Source of the DNA: an uncultured Gammaproteobacteria bacterium
Lineage (GTDB): Bacteria; Patescibacteriota; Patescibacteriia; Magasanikbacterales; GWA2-37-8
Length of the DNA: 64,000 nucleotides
Reading direction: 5' to 3'
Assembly (NCBI GenBank): GCA_964482695.1
Contig: CAYZYP010000002.1
Coordinates: 46,962-110,961 of the forward strand
The notes beneath the pieces are model-generated. The model was not told the origin of the DNA and did no database searches. It saw only the letters and a program-made list of their open reading frames with translations. This document shows positions 58,698 to 64,000 of this stretch, one piece after another. Each line of letters begins with the position of its first letter. Position 1 is the first letter of the stretch. Position numbers and translations under genes: made by a program.

Positions 58698-59739
58698 AAA
58701 ATTTTAAACTCGCTTCTATTATTAAATCCAACATCTTATTAAAACTAATTCCCATTTTTCCAGCTGCTTCTGGCAGTAAACTAACCGCCGTCATACCGGG
58801 AATAGTATTAGTTTCTATCACATAAAAATTACCATCATCAGCCACAAAAATATCTGTTCTAGACATCCCTCTGCAACCCAAAACTTGGTGCGCCTTAACC
58901 GCGATAACTTGCAATTTTTTATTTACAGTTGGCGAAAAATCGGCTGGACAAATATGGGTAGAACCGCCTTCGTCGTATTTTGACTTATAATCATAAAATT
59001 TACCTTTATTGGCGATTATTCTTGTTGGCGGCAAGGCAAAAGGAATGCCGTTTTTTTCTAACACGCCACAAGTCGCTTCTTTGCCTTTAACAAACTTCTG
59101 CGCCATTAGATAAGAAAAATTTTTAAATGTACTTTCTATTATTTTAACCATTTCTTTTTCCGTGTTAACTATAGAAACCCCCACAGCCGAACCTTGATCA
59201 ACTGGCTTAATAACAACTGGAAAACCAATTTTCTTAATAATTTCTTTAATTAATTGTTTTTTATCTTTTAGCCACTCTATTTTTTGAAAATCTATAAAAT
59301 CCGGGGTTAACAAACCGTGCGCTCGATATATTTCCGCGGTTTTGGCTTTATTCATGGCCAAAGCGCTGGCTAACACTCTGGAGCCAGTATAAGGCACGTT
59401 TAAACACTCTAGTAAGCCTTGTAAGCAACCGTCTTCGCCGTAAGTGCCGTGCAAAGCAATAAAAATTAAATCTAATTTTGTAGCGCTTAAATTATAATTA
59501 TCTTGGCTTGTTGTGATGGAAAAACTTTCTTGCTGTTTTTTGTCGCCGTACTTAATTGATTTTAAATCTCCACTATTAAGCAAAATCATTTTACCGTCTT
59601 TGGACATCTCTATTGGAATAATTTCATATTTCTGATTATCTAAATTTTCTGTTACCGCTCTACCGGTAATTAAAGAAATCTCTCGTTCTGCCGAAGGACC
59701 GCCCATCAATACGCCAATACGTAATTTTTGTTTAGACAT
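58696..59739 (-). CDS. ddl: D-alanine--D-alanine ligase
   Basis: GGPSAEREISL, LHGTYGEDG, GSAVG, YDYKSKY, ETNTIPGMT. Confidence 0.97.
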   Translation of the reverse strand: MSKQKLRIGVLMGGPSAEREISLITGRAVTENLDNQKYEIIPIEMSKDGKMILLNSGDLKSIKYGDKKQQESFSITTSQDNYNLSATKLDLIFIALHGTYGEDGCLQGLLECLNVPYTGSRVLASALAMNKAKTAEIYRAHGLLTPDFIDFQKIEWLKDKKQLIKEIIKKIGFPVVIKPVDQGSAVGVSIVNTEKEMVKIIESTFKNFSYLMAQKFVKGKEATCGVLEKNGIPFALPPTRIIANKGKFYDYKSKYDEGGSTHICPADFSPTVNKKLQVIAVKAHQVLGCRGMSRTDIFVADDGNFYVIETNTIPGMTAVSLLPEAAGKMGISFNKMLDLIIEASLKF

Positions 59740-59760
59740 ATTTTTTCTATATAAACCCTT

Positions 59761-59860
59761 CCCTGTGACAAAGACCACAGGGTATATAAACTCCTCGGCT
59801 CGGAAAAGCAAACTCGTTTGCTTTTCACTCGCCTGCGTCGCTTATCAACTAAACAGATAA
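59761..59860. repeat. Multi-hairpin intergenic element, CTCGG-[hairpin]-CTCGC core
   Basis: CCCTGTG..CACAGGG; CTCGGAAAAGCAAAC-TC-GTTTGCTTTTCACTCGC. Confidence 0.6.
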
Positions 59861-59862
59861 TT

Positions 59863-61095
59863 TTATTTCAAATATCCCAATGGATCTACCGGTATGCCAC
59901 TCGCGCGCACTTCAAAGTGTAAATGCGGACCAGTGACAAACGGCCCGGCGCCAACCGTGCCTGGCGTGCCACCGGAATAACCAATAATATCTCCTGTATT
60001 TACATACTGATCAGCGCTAACAGTAATTTTGCTTAAGTGGCCATAAAGAGTGGACAAATTACCAGTGTGTACGATTAAAACATAAGCATAGCAAGAAGCA
60101 GCGGAACATGTTCTGGCGCGCGCTATATAGCCAGAAGCGGCCGCTTGAATAGGCGTACCTTGAGAAGCGCGCAAATCCATACCACTATGCTCAAAAACAT
60201 AGCGATAGGGGTAATCCGGATCGTGAAAATAAGAGGTAATATAATGACTTGGTGTTGGCCAAATTAAAGTGGTTGGACCACTAGTAGAATATTTGTCTTT
60301 TTCCGCTAATTTTTTTTGTACTTCTCTTTCATAACTACGCACTTCGTTTTCTATAGCCTGATACTGTTGCCTTAAACTGCTGACCAAAGTTTTGTATTGC
60401 CATTCCGAAGAAACGGTTTGAGTTAATAAATTTTCTTTAACATTGGTCTGATCGGATAAATTCAATCTTTTTTGTTCTAAATCTGTTTTTAATTTTTCAT
60501 AATCAGCTTTAATTTTGTCTTGCTCGGTTTTTTTGGTTTCTAAATCTGTTTTTGCCAAACGCAAACTTTTTAAAGAACGCCCCAAATCTTGTTGCAAAGT
60601 TTCTAACTGCTGAACTTCGGTATAAAAATCAGAAAAAGTATTGTTAGTTAACATGACTGTTAAATAATTTTTATTCTGTTCGCGGTTAAGATCGCGAATC
60701 ATTTTAGTAATAATTGTTTTTTGACGTTCAATCACTGTTTCTTTTTCTTTAATACTTAATTTTAAAGAATCAATTTCTAATTGTGTTTTTTTAATTTTTT
60801 CTTCTGTTAACAAAATATCTGTTTTAATTTTATCTATATGGTCGCCTAAAATACTTAGTTGGTTTCTTAACGAAGTAGCTTCTAATTGCTTTTGTTTAAT
60901 GCTTTGGTTGTATTTATTAATAGTGTCTTCTAGTTGTTTAATTTTATCTTTTTTTTCGTCTATTTTTTTATTTAAATCGGTAATTTCATCCGCAGTAGTT
61001 GTAGCTGTGGCTGATAAAGGATTAAATACAAAAAAACATTGGGTAAGTAATGTAAAAATTATAACTAGGCTGATAATTTTTGAAAATTTTCGCAT
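59863..61095 (-). CDS. Coiled-coil M23 peptidoglycan endopeptidase (EnvC/MepM-like)
   Basis: Signal peptide, long coiled coil, HSGMD, TLYGHL, GPHLHFEV. Confidence 0.92.
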   Translation of the reverse strand: MRKFSKIISLVIIFTLLTQCFFVFNPLSATATTTADEITDLNKKIDEKKDKIKQLEDTINKYNQSIKQKQLEATSLRNQLSILGDHIDKIKTDILLTEEKIKKTQLEIDSLKLSIKEKETVIERQKTIITKMIRDLNREQNKNYLTVMLTNNTFSDFYTEVQQLETLQQDLGRSLKSLRLAKTDLETKKTEQDKIKADYEKLKTDLEQKRLNLSDQTNVKENLLTQTVSSEWQYKTLVSSLRQQYQAIENEVRSYEREVQKKLAEKDKYSTSGPTTLIWPTPSHYITSYFHDPDYPYRYVFEHSGMDLRASQGTPIQAAASGYIARARTCSAASCYAYVLIVHTGNLSTLYGHLSKITVSADQYVNTGDIIGYSGGTPGTVGAGPFVTGPHLHFEVRASGIPVDPLGYLK

Positions 61096-61114
61096 AAGTT
61101 TTATAATTTTTATA

Positions 61115-61259
61115 ATTTGTTGATAATATCTTTTTTTGGAGTTTGCGAGGCAAAATTGCACGGCTCCCCGACTCAGTCGGGGAAATTTTGTCGAGCACTT
61201 AAGTCAATTTTGTCGCTGGACAAAATTGACGTGTCTAAAAAAAGATGTTATCAACAAAT
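61115..61259. mobile_element. Family-A multibranch fold-back element, copy 3 (inverted)
   Basis: 26-bp outer IR (24/26); reverse-complement core TAGACACGTCAATTTTGTCCAGCGAC...GCCTCGCAAACTCC. Confidence 0.8.
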
Positions 61260-62729
61260 ATTAAATTTTTTAACTGCTGATTTTATTCTTCGTAAACTTT
61301 CTTCTTTGCCAAGAACATCGGCTATTTCAAATGGCCCGGGAGATTTTTCTAAACCAGACAAAATTACTCTAAATGGCCACAAAACACTGCCATTATTATA
61401 GCCATTTTCTTTTACCCACTCCCCTATTCGTTTTTTTAGGATATCTTTGTTCCATTCTTTTTCACTAAAACTATCTAGTAAATTTTCTAAAGCTGGTAAA
61501 ATTTCCTTTAATTCGTTAGCAGAACTTTTTTTCCAAATCAATAATTCTGGCTGATAATCCGGCAATTTAAATATAAACTCTATCGCGCTCGGCAATTCGG
61601 ATAAAATCGCTATCCGTTCTCTTTCCAAAGACACTGCTTTGGTTAACAATTCACTTTTTTCAGCTATTTTTTCTAACCATGGCCAAGCTTTTTCTACCAA
61701 TTCGCTATCACTCAACTTCTTGATATATTGTTTATTATACCACGCTAGCTTATCCATGTTAAATATCGCACCAGCTTTGCCCACTTTTTCCAAATCAAAC
61801 TCACTCACCAGCTCTTTTAAAGTAAACAATTCCCTATCATCACCGGGATTCCAACCTAAAAAGGCGACAAAATTAATTAACGCTTCTGGCAAATAACCTT
61901 TTTTAATATAATCTTCTACCGCCACATCGCCTTGACGCTTGCTTAACTTTGATTTATCTGAATTAAGTAGTAGTGGCAGGTGTGCCATTTGAGGAATTTC
62001 CCAACCAAAATATTTGTAAAGCTGAATATGTTTTGGCACGCTTGAAATCCATTCTTCACCGCGAATAATGTGTGATACTTCCATTAGATGATCGTCGACA
62101 ACAACTGCAAGATGATAAGTTGGGTAACCATCCGATTTTAAAATAACTTGATCATCAATTAATTCATTTTTAATTTTTACTTCACCGCGAATCAGATCTT
62201 TAAAAATAGTTTCGCCGGTTTTTGGCATTTTCATTCGCACGACGTATTTTCCACCAGCAGAAATTCTTTTTTTAGCTTCTTCTAAATTTATTTCACGACA
62301 ATGGCCATCATAGCCGGTAGGCAATTTTTTCTTTTGCTGGCGATCACGTAATTCTGTTAATCTTTCGGGAGTACAAAAACAATAATAGGCGTGGCCTTTT
62401 TCTAAAAGCTCGTTAACATATTTTTTATAAATATCTAATCGTTCTGATTGGATGTACGAACCGTTTTCCCCTTCTTGTATTGTTTGGCACTCCCCTGTTG
62501 ACTCATAATCTAATTTTACTCCTTCATCTGGCATGATGCCTGCCCAATAAAGAGATTTTAAAATATTAGTAACACCATCAGCTACAAAACGTTCGCGATC
62601 GGTATCTTCAATTCGTAATAAAAACTTACCACCATTTTTTTTGGCGAATAAATATGAATACAGCGCGGTGCGCAGACCGCCTATGTGCAAGTAACCGGTT
62701 GGGCTGGGGGCAAAACGAGTTTTAATCAT
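61251..62729 (-). CDS. gltX: Glutamate--tRNA ligase
   Basis: RFAPSPTGYLHIGG, LRIEDTD, HIIRGEEW, KLSKR. Confidence 0.98.
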   Translation of the reverse strand: MIKTRFAPSPTGYLHIGGLRTALYSYLFAKKNGGKFLLRIEDTDRERFVADGVTNILKSLYWAGIMPDEGVKLDYESTGECQTIQEGENGSYIQSERLDIYKKYVNELLEKGHAYYCFCTPERLTELRDRQQKKKLPTGYDGHCREINLEEAKKRISAGGKYVVRMKMPKTGETIFKDLIRGEVKIKNELIDDQVILKSDGYPTYHLAVVVDDHLMEVSHIIRGEEWISSVPKHIQLYKYFGWEIPQMAHLPLLLNSDKSKLSKRQGDVAVEDYIKKGYLPEALINFVAFLGWNPGDDRELFTLKELVSEFDLEKVGKAGAIFNMDKLAWYNKQYIKKLSDSELVEKAWPWLEKIAEKSELLTKAVSLERERIAILSELPSAIEFIFKLPDYQPELLIWKKSSANELKEILPALENLLDSFSEKEWNKDILKKRIGEWVKENGYNNGSVLWPFRVILSGLEKSPGPFEIADVLGKEESLRRIKSAVKKFNIC

Positions 62730-62779
62730 AAATGAATTAAAATCTAAATTCTAACATCGGAATGAGAATTTAGTTTGGT

Positions 62780-63514
62780 TTAGGATTTTATTATTAACAA
62801 CAAAAACTTAAATGTCGCTTTAAAAATCCTCTCTGCTCTTTTTGGTTGTTTTATTAATCTATACATCCATTCTAACCCAATTTTACGTAGCCAGCAAGGC
62901 GCGCGTTTAACAAATCCGGAAATATAATCAAAAGCACCGCCAACACCCATAGCGATTTTAACGCTCGGCATTTTATTCAAATTCTCGTAAATCCATTTTT
63001 CTTGCTTATTGTGGCCAAAAGCGATAAATAAAATGTCTGGCTTAAAACTGTTTATCTTGTATAAAATTTTACTATTTTCCGCTTGATCATAAATTAGTTG
63101 TTGGCTGTTTTTATCTAAAACATAACTCGCGCCTTGGTCATAGCCAACAATTTTAAGTTTGGGAAATTGTTTTTGTAAATTTTCAACTGTTTTTTTAACA
63201 ATTTCATCACTACCCGACCCTAACAAATACACCTCTCTCCCCTCTTTTTCCGCGATTTCACATATTTCCAGCATAAAATCAATGCCGGTAATTCGCTTAC
63301 ACCCAGAAACCAAAGCTAATCCAAACCCATCGCATAAATTTAGATCACCACTATTTAATACTTCCTTAAAATATTCATCTTTTCGCGCGTCTACCAGCAT
63401 TTCCGGATTAGGTGTAAATATTTTATATTGCTTATCGGAATTTAAAAATTCAAGCACTTTATTTTTTGCTTCTATTATGTTTGGTTCACTTATTTTAACT
63501 CCCAAGTAACCCAT
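62780..63514 (-). CDS. WecB/TagA/CpsF family glycosyltransferase
   Basis: TPNPEM, RITGID, KQEKWI, GVGGAFD, GLEWMYRL. Confidence 0.94.
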   Translation of the reverse strand: MGYLGVKISEPNIIEAKNKVLEFLNSDKQYKIFTPNPEMLVDARKDEYFKEVLNSGDLNLCDGFGLALVSGCKRITGIDFMLEICEIAEKEGREVYLLGSGSDEIVKKTVENLQKQFPKLKIVGYDQGASYVLDKNSQQLIYDQAENSKILYKINSFKPDILFIAFGHNKQEKWIYENLNKMPSVKIAMGVGGAFDYISGFVKRAPCWLRKIGLEWMYRLIKQPKRAERIFKATFKFLLLIIKS

Positions 63515-63525
63515 ATTTTAAACCA

Positions 63526-63981
63526 TTAATTTTTCTGGCCCGCGAGTTCTTTAATATATAATCTATTAGACATTGACGCCAATTCTCCAGCTAAATACTG
63601 CTTATGTTTTATTCTTTCTATTAATTTTTCTTCTAAACCATGCATTTCTTTTAAACGTTTTTCAGTTAAACTAAACATTTTATCAAAATACCCTACTTTT
63701 TTTATTTCAAATAACGCTATCTCATCTTTTAATTTCGTTAATTTTTGATGTAAGACCTCAATTTCTCTTCTTAATCTATATACTTTACTCGTTATCTGAT
63801 CAGAATTATAATCACCTGCTTTAACCTTTGCTATTACATCATCTTCTAAGGCGTATTCTGATTCTCTGTTTAATGGCGCCACACCCTCTATTCTTTCAAA
63901 CGGCAAACCTGTTATTATTACCGTTTCATTTAAATCAGCTGGCAAACCTTCTGCTTGTTTAGTTTGAAAACCTTCATACAT
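63526..63981 (-). CDS. Hypothetical coiled-coil protein
   Basis: 151-aa ORF with charged helical pattern, co-oriented with tagA. Confidence 0.6.
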   Translation of the reverse strand: MYEGFQTKQAEGLPADLNETVIITGLPFERIEGVAPLNRESEYALEDDVIAKVKAGDYNSDQITSKVYRLRREIEVLHQKLTKLKDEIALFEIKKVGYFDKMFSLTEKRLKEMHGLEEKLIERIKHKQYLAGELASMSNRLYIKELAGQKN

Positions 63982-64000
63982 ATAAAATATTTTTTAAATT

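Overview
AT-rich housekeeping segment of a small-genome bacterium. The short AlaRS, mostly SD-less genes, RpoA without a CTD and overall gene content suggest Patescibacteria/CPR, possibly Magasanikbacteria-like (inference). Genetic code 11. Contents: 3' end of alaS; infA-rpmJ-rpsM-rpsK-rpsD-rpoA-rplQ-rplM-rpsI; a polysaccharide block (wzx, GT4, GT2, O-antigen ligase-like); priA-def-fmt; a CsoR/CopA copper locus; a SAM-I riboswitch; thiI-exonuclease-Rrf2-iscS-iscU-ferredoxin; rsmI, metG, cvpA, tatD; a complete F1Fo ATP synthase operon; an ABC transporter; two atypical tRNAs; a UvrD-nuclease fusion; dciA; mreBCD-mrdA; greA, lysS, serS, alr; a single Xer recombinase; ddl, an M23 peptidase, gltX, tagA. 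The most notable structure is non-coding. (1) Two families of intergenic fold-back elements have a conserved core or tail but copy-specific long outer stems. (2) Palindromic repeats sit in frame inside several housekeeping genes. (3) An 11-6-11 dif-like site with extra half-sites lies directly upstream of the Xer gene, where gene orientation flips. (4) A two-tRNA operon has mismatched identity elements. (5) There are GC-rich orphan mini-cassettes, an orphan SAM-I riboswitch, DnaA boxes just upstream of several -35 elements and an unannotated metallothionein-like ORF. All calls come from reading the sequence by eye; no searches were run.
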